A stretch of 64,000 nucleotides of DNA from assembly GCA_963668675.2 (NCBI GenBank), contig CAXXMB010000001.1:928001-992000 (forward strand), written 5' to 3'. Within the stretch, counting starts at the first letter, position 1. Every line of letters starts with the position of its first letter. The stretch comes from an uncultured Desulfatitalea sp. (GTDB taxonomy: Bacteria > Desulfobacterota > Desulfobacteria > Desulfobacterales > Desulfosarcinaceae). A program made the position numbers and the translations under genes. The notes under the pieces were generated by a model. The model was given only the letters and a program-made list of their open reading frames with translations. It was not told the origin of the DNA and did not search any database. This document shows, piece by piece, positions 46,981-55,631 of this stretch.

Positions 46981-48149
46981 CGATATTCATCCCCTTTATT
47001 TAAATTTAAATTTGTCGCCCAAGACATAAATGCCATGGCTCTATGAGCAGCCTGTTCCAGTTCCATTCCACGGTACTCCTGAGCACCAATCCATCGGCCG
47101 TTCACATCATAATCCAGAATGGCTCCAAGCAAAATTCCGGGAAAAACACTTTCGATCGGATGAGGCGCATCGGGACCTCCCATATCCGTTTTCAGCCAAC
47201 CTGGATCCACGAGACTCAACATTACGCCGGTACCTCTCAAGCTCGGAGCGTAGTCATACACAAATTTATTCAATGCTTCCTTGCTGCATGCATAGGCTAT
47301 TTCTTTGGGTCGATTTTTAATACTGCTTGTAACATTGACAATGCGACCAAAACCTTTATCTGCCATTTTTGGGAAATAATGGTAGCAGATTATAATAGGA
47401 GCTATTGTATTTACCGCAAATACCCTATTGAATCGCTCATCCACACAATCAAGGTTTTCCGCTGAATCCTTAGGAGATATTCCTGCATTGTTGAAAATAA
47501 TATCCACATTGGGTACCGATTGATCGATCGACATCAGCATCTGTGCAATCTCTTCTTTTATTTCGAGTCTAGCGGCGACATTATGCGTTTGAACGCCTAA
47601 AGCCAAACACTCCTCACAGACCTTCTTAGTATTAGCCTTGCTTCTACCGTGAAGGATGACGTTTGAACCGAGCCTTGCCATCTCCCTTGCGATAAGACGC
47701 CCGCACCCGCGGCTGGCACCGGTAACGAGCGTCCATTTTCCTTGAACTGAATTTACCGGCACGGACCGTTTTTGAAAATATTCAACTTCAATTGGTAGTC
47801 TTACAATACTGTCGATTGCATTATAAACGCGCTTGTATAGGGCAAGGTATATTTCATTAATTCCCATTTTAACAAGCTGTTCAAATATCACTTCATGATT
47901 TTTTATTGTAATAACAACCGCTACATTTCCATCTAAATCCTCGAGTGCGCTTGGTGAAATACATTTTACACCTGAAAAGTATTTGTTCCATTTCTCTGGT
48001 GCATTATCACATAAGAAATCTGGTTTTCGACCGAACGCCGTTACCAATTGACCAAAACACTCTTCGGCTAACGCACCCATACCGAAAAAGCAGACAATAC
48101 GGTCGCTCGAAGTATGGGAATCTTTAGTATTTTTCTGATATCCAATCAT
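46977..48149 (-). CDS. SDR oxidoreductase with N-terminal Rossmann-like accessory domain
   Basis: TGASRGCG, NNAG, YACSK, PGWLKTDMGG. Confidence 0.88.
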   Translation of the reverse strand: MIGYQKNTKDSHTSSDRIVCFFGMGALAEECFGQLVTAFGRKPDFLCDNAPEKWNKYFSGVKCISPSALEDLDGNVAVVITIKNHEVIFEQLVKMGINEIYLALYKRVYNAIDSIVRLPIEVEYFQKRSVPVNSVQGKWTLVTGASRGCGRLIAREMARLGSNVILHGRSKANTKKVCEECLALGVQTHNVAARLEIKEEIAQMLMSIDQSVPNVDIIFNNAGISPKDSAENLDCVDERFNRVFAVNTIAPIIICYHYFPKMADKGFGRIVNVTSSIKNRPKEIAYACSKEALNKFVYDYAPSLRGTGVMLSLVDPGWLKTDMGGPDAPHPIESVFPGILLGAILDYDVNGRWIGAQEYRGMELEQAAHRAMAFMSWATNLNLNKGDEYR

Positions 48150-48192
48150 GTTATACGGTCATAAATCCTTATCGGGTTTCTTCACAAGCCTT

Positions 48193-49626
48193 TTATTTTA
48201 TAGGTGTATCGGACGGAACCAAAAAGTGTGCATACTTTTGAATTAGGATTGGATTCTTAATAACGTGATCTCTTTCGAAACCATTTTTGATCAACTGTCT
48301 ATATATGGGCTCAAGCCCTTTTATAGTTGTTATGAAAACAATGCTGTTTTTATGGTGATTCTTTAATGTGTCAAATGTTATAATAGGTACGCCATTGCAA
48401 AAATCGTCATTATCCTTCTTCGCCCGGTTATCACAAACAAAATCAGGCATAACGTCAAAATACTGCAAAATTTTAGAAAGATGCTTTCCTGCAGAACCTG
48501 CTCCAAACAGTACAAGTGGCTTGTTTTGTTCTAACAGGTAACTCTTTTTTTTGTCAAAAAGAGAACTTAAAAAGTCTTTCTTGCAATAATTATGTACACT
48601 TTGTTTCGGTATCGGGCTGTTGTCATCATCACATGCTATTTTGATTAGCTTTTGAGCCTCTATTTGTTCTTTTTCTGTTAACCTGTTCGTCCTCAGGCCC
48701 AGCCTATGTTCCAATCGTTGTAGCTGATATAAAAACATTTGTCTCATCTGTTTTTTGAAATTTTCAGTATCGGGCACAGGATGGTTCCAATTTATCGAAT
48801 GAAAGGTCGTTTCATCGTACATAGGAAGGTAATTTTTTATAATGGAGACTCTGGGATTATCAAGCTGAGTGAAAGTGAATACGACTGGAATTCCCATCGC
48901 CACACACGGCATCGCAGTATGGATCCTGCTCGTAATGACAAAAGTTGCTTCTGACTTCAACTGCTGCAATCGCTCATACGCCATTGCATCAATTTTCTCG
49001 ACATCTTCATCACATATTGGAAAAACGCCTGAAGGAAAGGTTCCCTCCTGTGAAAGATATACACAATTTTTTCTTAAATTTTCAGGGATAAATTGGTTCA
49101 CATCATTGAGTGCATCAATGAGGAAAGTTTTATTTTCATAGGGATGTTGTTTTCTCTTTTCTATCGTCATAGTCATACATCCGGAAAAATATGCCTTAAC
49201 GCCTAAACTTCTCAAATAATCTCGTGATCCGAAGTCTCTGCATCCGATCGGTTCGTAACTTTTCATCGATCGAATAAATCGCTCGTTCTTACTCAAAAGC
49301 TCCCAACTTCCTTCATTCAAGTAAAATCCAAAATAGAGCGGGTGAATTTTTAAATTAGATATGGGAAGGGGGCATGTTTCGGGGCTTAACCCGAACCATC
49401 CCTGTGCAATCAATATTCCTTTTTCTGTTTTCGGATGCGTTATAGCCAGGTCGTCTCTGTTAATTGGCAAAATATCCTTCTCAGGAATTCCTGCTTTAGT
49501 CAAAATGTTTTTTACTGCTATAGACTGAACATTGTCACCGATACTAAACCTTCGAACACCTAAGTATTTATATCGGAGATAATAATATTTTATGTCCGGT
49601 CCATTCACTTTTTTACCTGGAGTCAT
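48193..49626 (-). CDS. Polysaccharide pyruvyl transferase-like protein, paralogue of 40748-42205
   Basis: IGDNVQS, PIGCRD, SRIHTAMPCVAMGIPV; tail LFGAG...CDN. Confidence 0.78.
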   Translation of the reverse strand: MTPGKKVNGPDIKYYYLRYKYLGVRRFSIGDNVQSIAVKNILTKAGIPEKDILPINRDDLAITHPKTEKGILIAQGWFGLSPETCPLPISNLKIHPLYFGFYLNEGSWELLSKNERFIRSMKSYEPIGCRDFGSRDYLRSLGVKAYFSGCMTMTIEKRKQHPYENKTFLIDALNDVNQFIPENLRKNCVYLSQEGTFPSGVFPICDEDVEKIDAMAYERLQQLKSEATFVITSRIHTAMPCVAMGIPVVFTFTQLDNPRVSIIKNYLPMYDETTFHSINWNHPVPDTENFKKQMRQMFLYQLQRLEHRLGLRTNRLTEKEQIEAQKLIKIACDDDNSPIPKQSVHNYCKKDFLSSLFDKKKSYLLEQNKPLVLFGAGSAGKHLSKILQYFDVMPDFVCDNRAKKDNDDFCNGVPIITFDTLKNHHKNSIVFITTIKGLEPIYRQLIKNGFERDHVIKNPILIQKYAHFLVPSDTPIK

Positions 49627-49692
49627 ATATCTTATCCTTGAAAACTTGAAACGGAACTAATGGGTCGGTCAATCTATGATGATCTGCAATAT

Positions 49693-50649
49693 TTACATGA
49701 TATGACTACGATTTAATATAAATCGGGATTCCAAAACGATAGTGTCAATTGATGTATACTTTGGCTGGTATCCGAGTGTTGTTACTTTTCTATATTCGGA
49801 AGCATATGTATGCTTGAAACCTGTTGGGCTCTTATCAGCAACATTAGGGGCTAATGCGTATTTCAGTCCAAAGTGATTTGAAAAATGACTCAAAATCTCA
49901 TTTTTGGTAACGCGACCTGCACTGTAGACATCAAATGCATCATTTATCGATTGTGTGTCGATGATGGATTGAATCAATGCGAAGAGATCAGAGGGGTGTA
50001 CAAAGTCGCGTATGATATTTGAAGATTCAGTAACTAACTCCGTACGGTTTAATATACTATTAATGACATCCGTAATAAAATACCCGTCACAAAGATCGAT
50101 GAACCGACTGAAGTATGAAAACAGCCTGAGATCGACGATATTCAGTTTTTGAAAAGCACGATGTTTGGTCTCCGCATTGATCCTGGCGATCATGTAATAA
50201 TCTTCAGGCACCATCCGATTTATCTGGAAATGTGTGGCGGTTGCTTCATCCACTGGTTTTGAATGGCCGCGACCGTATACCAATCCGCTACTCAAGCTGA
50301 TATAGATCGCGTCGGGATTCTTTTCCCTGAGGTAATTGATTGCCAGGTTGTCAAACTGTTCGGTCGTGGTAAAATATTTTGTATAGTCGCCTCGTAGGTT
50401 GCGCTGCGTGCCCACACCGATGCAATTGATGATCACATCATGTGTTCCGGATAAAAACGCCGTGAAGCCTTCTGTTAAAACGCAATCGTCATTGACGCTT
50501 GCACCTATGCTCTTTAGAAAAACAAGCACCCCGTGTCCAGATCTGGCAAAAAGATTTAAACGATTGACACCATCACGAAGAAAATTGAAAATCAACCCTT
50601 TCGCAATGTGTGACGTGGCGCCAATAATGGCTACAGCCTTTTTACTCAT
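49693..50649 (-). CDS. NAD-dependent epimerase/dehydratase-family (extended SDR) protein
   Basis: IIGATSHIA, INCIG, SSG.VYG, YxxxR in place of YxxxK, RDFVH. Confidence 0.8.
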   Translation of the reverse strand: MSKKAVAIIGATSHIAKGLIFNFLRDGVNRLNLFARSGHGVLVFLKSIGASVNDDCVLTEGFTAFLSGTHDVIINCIGVGTQRNLRGDYTKYFTTTEQFDNLAINYLREKNPDAIYISLSSGLVYGRGHSKPVDEATATHFQINRMVPEDYYMIARINAETKHRAFQKLNIVDLRLFSYFSRFIDLCDGYFITDVINSILNRTELVTESSNIIRDFVHPSDLFALIQSIIDTQSINDAFDVYSAGRVTKNEILSHFSNHFGLKYALAPNVADKSPTGFKHTYASEYRKVTTLGYQPKYTSIDTIVLESRFILNRSHIM

Positions 50650-51658
50650 AGTGATTCTTCAATCGCTCGGCGTCATTGGCCAATTCATCTTCAGGGAACA
50701 ATCGATATTTGATCATACTGCACCGGCTGCAAACCCCGGAAGCCATTTCAATGCCGTCTAACATATTTCGTCTGAAGCTTTTAAATTCTTTCCCGTTCCA
50801 GATATCAACCATGGTTTGATTCTCAACGTTTCCAATAATGGATGGGTATTCAAATGAGTAGCAGGGAACCACATTCCCGTCTGGATTAATTTGCATCGTA
50901 AAAAAGGGCTGTGGGCAGATTTTGACATCTTTAACTGGAAGACCGAATTGGGTAATAGCGCTTTTGTCGGAATCCAAAAGATGTTCGAAATCAACACCGG
51001 CGTGTATGGGCACCGCATGCTCGACGGCAATGGTGTCGCAGATATCGCCGAACATCTCATAGAACGCATTCTCGTCCTTTTCGCCCTCCAGGGCGCAGTC
51101 GATGATCTTCACATACATCTGGGCACTCCCTTTATTCTTGTAGAAGTACTCCAGATTCTCGATCAACTGCGCCATTTCGATAGTCGCGCCGCACACCTCT
51201 CGATAGCGCCGCCGGGAGGTGCCCTGAATCGAGACCACCAGCCGTGTCAGTCCGGCCGCGATGAGTGCGTCCGACATTCGGGGCGTCAGCAGGGATGCAT
51301 TGGTCAACAGCTCCAGGACATGGGCGACATCCTTAGAGGCGGCGTAGGCTACCATCTGGGCGATCTTTTTGTGCAGCAGGGGCTCGCCGATGCCCACGAA
51401 TCGCAGCACCTTGATCTTTTGTCCGAACCCGGTCATATCGTCGACCGCTTTTTCAAAAAGACCCATCGACATGCTCACCTTGTCTGAAATGAAGTGCCGC
51501 TTGGCCATGTCGACCGAAAAGATGCAATACCCGCAGCGGAAGTTGCATCCGTAGAACGGAAAAATCTGTACCACAAAAGGGGTCTCCAACGGCAGCACCT
51601 CTGCCAGCGGTGTTCGTTTGCCTCCGGGTGCTTGTCCGCTGATCTCTTTGGCCTTCAC
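50642..51658 (-). CDS. Radical SAM protein with SPASM/Twitch domain
   Basis: CNFRCGYC, GIGEPLL, TNA; CPQPF...PC...CSRC. Confidence 0.88.
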   Translation of the reverse strand: MKAKEISGQAPGGKRTPLAEVLPLETPFVVQIFPFYGCNFRCGYCIFSVDMAKRHFISDKVSMSMGLFEKAVDDMTGFGQKIKVLRFVGIGEPLLHKKIAQMVAYAASKDVAHVLELLTNASLLTPRMSDALIAAGLTRLVVSIQGTSRRRYREVCGATIEMAQLIENLEYFYKNKGSAQMYVKIIDCALEGEKDENAFYEMFGDICDTIAVEHAVPIHAGVDFEHLLDSDKSAITQFGLPVKDVKICPQPFFTMQINPDGNVVPCYSFEYPSIIGNVENQTMVDIWNGKEFKSFRRNMLDGIEMASGVCSRCSMIKYRLFPEDELANDAERLKNHYE

Positions 51659-51682
51659 TTCAAATCTCCCTGCCGAAAGGCA

Positions 51683-52177
51683 TCAAATGTATTTCCGATA
51701 GATATCATGGTAGCGGATCATGTTCTCCGGACAGCGCACATGCCATTGCAGGTAGCCCGGATCGTTTTTTTTTAAACCCCTGTTTTCAGGTACGAATGAC
51801 CGTGATAGGGCGCAGCGGTATAAGATGGAGATAAAGTGCCCCCTGTTGCGGTGCTTGTGGTGGATCAATTGATTCATGGTCACTGGCTCGGGGTCGAAAG
51901 CCACGTTCGTCCCGATCTCTGTCTCGGCCACCTTACGGACCCGCGCTTCAAATGTCTCCTTGTATCGCACGATGCCGCCGGGGAGATGCCAGCCGGTACC
52001 GGCATACATATCGTCGCGCCACGCCAAAAGGGTTCTCCCCTCCTCGTCCTTGATCAGCAGATCCACGTTCACCAGAGGGGTCGTGCGGCTGATGAAATAG
52101 AAGATGTCATCTGGCAGTCCCACAGTGGGGTCATCGATGTGGTGATCCAGGACGGTGATGGCGTCATCGAGTTTCAT
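51683..52177 (-). CDS. NUDIX hydrolase, GDP-mannose mannosyl hydrolase-like
   Basis: TPLVNVDL, WHLPGGIVRYKETF...E, RGHF. Confidence 0.8.
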   Translation of the reverse strand: MKLDDAITVLDHHIDDPTVGLPDDIFYFISRTTPLVNVDLLIKDEEGRTLLAWRDDMYAGTGWHLPGGIVRYKETFEARVRKVAETEIGTNVAFDPEPVTMNQLIHHKHRNRGHFISILYRCALSRSFVPENRGLKKNDPGYLQWHVRCPENMIRYHDIYRKYI

Positions 52178-52191
52178 GGGACTCCCCGTGC

Positions 52192-53346
52192 CTACTTTTT
52201 GGCAAACAGTTTCGGATCTTCATGAAATGGTTTTTGGGTCCGATCACCTTCACCGAACACTTGGGTACAAGGCACCGGAAGCGGTTTGCCGTATATTTTT
52301 TCAGCCACGACATTATTGATGAAATCCCTGTCCTCGGCGATCAGGCAGGTGTCGACATGCTCACCAAAGTACTTGATATCGAATCCCCTGCGGATGATAT
52401 CTTTCAGCGGTTCATCGAACACATTGCCGATGGAGGTGTGAATGTAGGGACACGGCAGCACGTCGCCATACTGGGTCACCGAAAACATGCCCTTGATCGC
52501 AATGCATCCCATGTTCAAGCCATATCCGGGCGTCAAATGGGTGAAGACCTGGTGCTTCTTCTCGAGTTCGCGCATGTAGGCCATGTCCTTCTTGTCTACC
52601 AGCACGTCGAAATTGCCCTCCCAGGCGCCCACCGGTTTGGCGTAGGTAACGAATACGCCGATGTCCTTCTGGTTGAAAAATTCGATGAATCGGATGAACT
52701 CCTCCGAATAGAGCCGCTGCTTGGTCACGACGGTCTGGACGAATATGGCCAGATCGTTATCCAAGGCCGCATCGACGGCTTTGAGGGCCCTCAGGAACGA
52801 TCCCTTCGCATTCCTGAATCCGTCGTGCTCCTCTGGATCGAGGCTGTCCAGGCTCAGTTGGACCCTGTCCACACCGATCCGCTTCAGGTGGGCCGCCCGT
52901 TTGTTGTCAAGCAGCCAGCCGTTGGTATCGCAGTTGATGTAAAATTTCTGTGGATCGATGGCTTCCACCAATTGATCGAAATCCTTGAATACCAGCGGCT
53001 CACCACCGGTAATGGTGACCCGCGCCAATCCCATTTCATCTGCCTGGCGGAAGAGCTCTTTGACATCGGGGATCGTGAACTGCCTGGCATCGTTGGCGCC
53101 CTGAAACGGTTTCACCGAGCAGTGCTGGCAGCGAAAATTGCAGGCGTAGTTGTATTGAAACTGGATGATGGCGATGCTCTCCCCGTTGGCGAGCTTCTCG
53201 TCGAACTTCAATATCTTTTCATACACATATGGCTTCTCTTCTTTGAGCTTGTTGCGCCGGTTGTTCTCTTCCGGTTTGAGTTCACTGGCTTTCACGTGTT
53301 GTTTCCTTTCATTGGTCCATACACGCGGGATTTGCGTATAGGACAT
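52192..53346 (-). CDS. Radical SAM protein with SPASM/Twitch domain
   Basis: CNFRCQHC, TGGEPL, DTNG, SLDS; GC...GDVLPCPY. Confidence 0.88.
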   Translation of the reverse strand: MSYTQIPRVWTNERKQHVKASELKPEENNRRNKLKEEKPYVYEKILKFDEKLANGESIAIIQFQYNYACNFRCQHCSVKPFQGANDARQFTIPDVKELFRQADEMGLARVTITGGEPLVFKDFDQLVEAIDPQKFYINCDTNGWLLDNKRAAHLKRIGVDRVQLSLDSLDPEEHDGFRNAKGSFLRALKAVDAALDNDLAIFVQTVVTKQRLYSEEFIRFIEFFNQKDIGVFVTYAKPVGAWEGNFDVLVDKKDMAYMRELEKKHQVFTHLTPGYGLNMGCIAIKGMFSVTQYGDVLPCPYIHTSIGNVFDEPLKDIIRRGFDIKYFGEHVDTCLIAEDRDFINNVVAEKIYGKPLPVPCTQVFGEGDRTQKPFHEDPKLFAKK

Positions 53347-54577
53347 AGGGCAATGGCGTATCTGACTGCACGGCAGGTGGCACCTCGCGCCCTGCCAGAG
53401 GTCTGCCGCTGCAGAAATCGCATACCGTCAGAAAATCCTTATCAAACAGATAGTCTCTCATTTTTTTTCGGGTGGCGAGGATACCATCCTCATCCAGCGG
53501 CGCTTCATACAGGTCGACGTAGTCGCTTTTCACATCCGGCACAGCCGACAATCTGGCCGCGTTGGCCGAATAGGGACACCTGAACAGCTTGCCATCGGAT
53601 AGCGTGAGCATGTTCTTGGCGCAACACATCTTGAAAAGCTGTCTGTTCTCATCGTCCGTCCGGTGGTGCGCTTTGATGCCGGCACAGTCCAGCCACTCCT
53701 CTATTTGAAGCACATGGTGATGAATCTCATTCTGCTCGAACAGTTGCTTCAGTTCGGAAAGTTTTCGTGAGAGCCTCTCACCGTAGTCGGTGGCGATGAC
53801 CAGCACCCGCTCATCTCTGAGGCAATCGAGCTGCCTGGCGTTGGGAACAATGGTGCCGTTGGTATAGAGCACCACCCGTTTCACCTCCGGGTCCGACAGC
53901 CTCCGCCCCTTGGTTAATCTCTCCACGAATATCGGCCACTGACGGTTCATGAAGGTCTCCCCGCCAATGAGACGAAAGTCCATGACCGCATCGACCACCT
54001 TGAAAAAAGCGTCGATGGCCTCCAGAAGCTCCCCGGTCTCCACATTGCGCGGGTGCTGATAGTACTGCATCAGGTTAGAACAGTCCTTGCAGCGCAGTGA
54101 ACAGCGCTCGGTGATGATCAAGTCAACGCTCCGGATGAAGATCTTGTCCCGATTGAGAAAACCGTCGTGGCACACGATGCAGTTTTCAATGGCGAACTTG
54201 CGGTAGTCGAGCTCGGCGGATTGGGACAGATCCTGATCCCTGAGCAGGACGCCTCCGGCGATCCACCTCGAAAATCCCATTGCATGCAGCAGATCGACCA
54301 CATCCTTGATGGCGGCCGCGGAGATCAATATCAACGCATCTTCGTATCGGCTTTGCAGATCAGGCGTGTAGATCACCTCTTTACCGCAACAGGAGGAGTG
54401 GGAGGCTTTGGTACTGCCATCGCAAAAGCAGGCCACATCGATGCCCTCATGACGGCAGATCGCGAACAGCTCCTCCCCGACGATCCCGGCGCCGCTGATG
54501 ATGACGGGCAGATCGCTCTCCCTGAGTCGGCGCAGCGCCTCCCTTTTGGTATCAACTTTGGACAATGGGTTTTCCAT
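53309..54577 (-). CDS. Radical SAM protein with N-terminal Rossmann-like domain
   Basis: CSLRCKDC, GGE, YTNGT; GKLFRC...CDFC. Confidence 0.85.
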   Translation of the reverse strand: MENPLSKVDTKREALRRLRESDLPVIISGAGIVGEELFAICRHEGIDVACFCDGSTKASHSSCCGKEVIYTPDLQSRYEDALILISAAAIKDVVDLLHAMGFSRWIAGGVLLRDQDLSQSAELDYRKFAIENCIVCHDGFLNRDKIFIRSVDLIITERCSLRCKDCSNLMQYYQHPRNVETGELLEAIDAFFKVVDAVMDFRLIGGETFMNRQWPIFVERLTKGRRLSDPEVKRVVLYTNGTIVPNARQLDCLRDERVLVIATDYGERLSRKLSELKQLFEQNEIHHHVLQIEEWLDCAGIKAHHRTDDENRQLFKMCCAKNMLTLSDGKLFRCPYSANAARLSAVPDVKSDYVDLYEAPLDEDGILATRKKMRDYLFDKDFLTVCDFCSGRPLAGREVPPAVQSDTPLPYVLYANPACMDQ

Positions 54578-55628
54578 AACGCTTGTAGGCCTTGTGACGG
54601 CAGTAGTAGATGGTCAGCGCGATCAATTTCATTCTCGTCAAAAATGGGAAAATGCGGCTGTTGCCCTTTTGTGGAACGTAGTGCGGCAGGCTTTCCCTGT
54701 ATATGGACGAAGTGATGATTGTTCTGATTCTGGCATATATTTTCTTGCGATTGTGCCGCGTCGTAAGCCTGCATGAACGGATGAAAAAGATGATCACGTA
54801 GTGAATCAAGGTGTGACCGATCTCCCCTGCGATTCGGTCTGCGTCCATATCGGCACCGACCTGGAAAAAGTCACTTGCTTTTTCCCTGAATACAGTCATG
54901 TCATGGACCAGGCTTTCGGCGTTGAGAATGGACATGCTGAACGACACATGTCTGCTGTGCATGGTGTAAGTGTATAGCGGCTCGTTGACGAAGATGACCA
55001 TATCGGCGCGCTTCAGATAGGCCAGATTGAAGACGAAATCCTCGAAAAGGCGCATGGTTTCATCGAAGCGCAGCATCTCCCTTTCAATGATCGACCGTTT
55101 GTAGAGCCTTGCCCAACAATAGCTGATGGGGTGGTTGCTGGGGTACTTGAAAAAGTGGCGCACATAGTCGCGTATATCCGCAGCCGAAAGCGCCTTGATC
55201 CAGCCGTCGAACTCAATGTTGTCAGGGCTGAACACGGCTCTCTGGTCGATGATCCGACCGTCGACTTCGAGCTTGCGGAAGTTGGCCATGACCAGATCGG
55301 GTTGGTACTTGTGGTGGCAGGCGACCAGCTTTTCAAGTGTCTCCGGTTCAAGATAGTCGTCCGCGTCCAGAAAAAAGATAAAATCGCCCGAAGCATTGTC
55401 GATGCCGGTGTTCCGGGCCGCCGCCGGCCCTCTGTTCTCCTGTGTGATGACAGATACCCGTGAATCGTTGCGTGCATAGGCGCTGCATCGATCCGCGCTG
55501 GTGTCGCTCGACCCGTCGTCGACCAGAAGAAGCTCGATGTCTCGGTAGCTCTGTCCGAGAACGCTCTCCACTGCCCTTTCGATGAACCGCTCGGCATTGT
55601 GCACCGGCACCACGACACTGACCCGCAT
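54552..55628 (-). CDS. Glycosyltransferase family 2
   Basis: VSVVVPVHN, VDDGSSD, AARNTG, FLDADD, FEDFVFN. Confidence 0.9.
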   Translation of the reverse strand: MRVSVVVPVHNAERFIERAVESVLGQSYRDIELLLVDDGSSDTSADRCSAYARNDSRVSVITQENRGPAAARNTGIDNASGDFIFFLDADDYLEPETLEKLVACHHKYQPDLVMANFRKLEVDGRIIDQRAVFSPDNIEFDGWIKALSAADIRDYVRHFFKYPSNHPISYCWARLYKRSIIEREMLRFDETMRLFEDFVFNLAYLKRADMVIFVNEPLYTYTMHSRHVSFSMSILNAESLVHDMTVFREKASDFFQVGADMDADRIAGEIGHTLIHYVIIFFIRSCRLTTRHNRKKIYARIRTIITSSIYRESLPHYVPQKGNSRIFPFLTRMKLIALTIYYCRHKAYKRYGKPIVQS

Positions 55629-55631
55629 GGC

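Noticed and set aside
52222..53583. 453-aa plus-strand ORF (also 56028-57074, 58617-59570, 34711-35610, and 19435-20268 on minus)
   Set aside because: Antisense shadows of well-supported genes in GC-rich sequence; no motifs or RBS.
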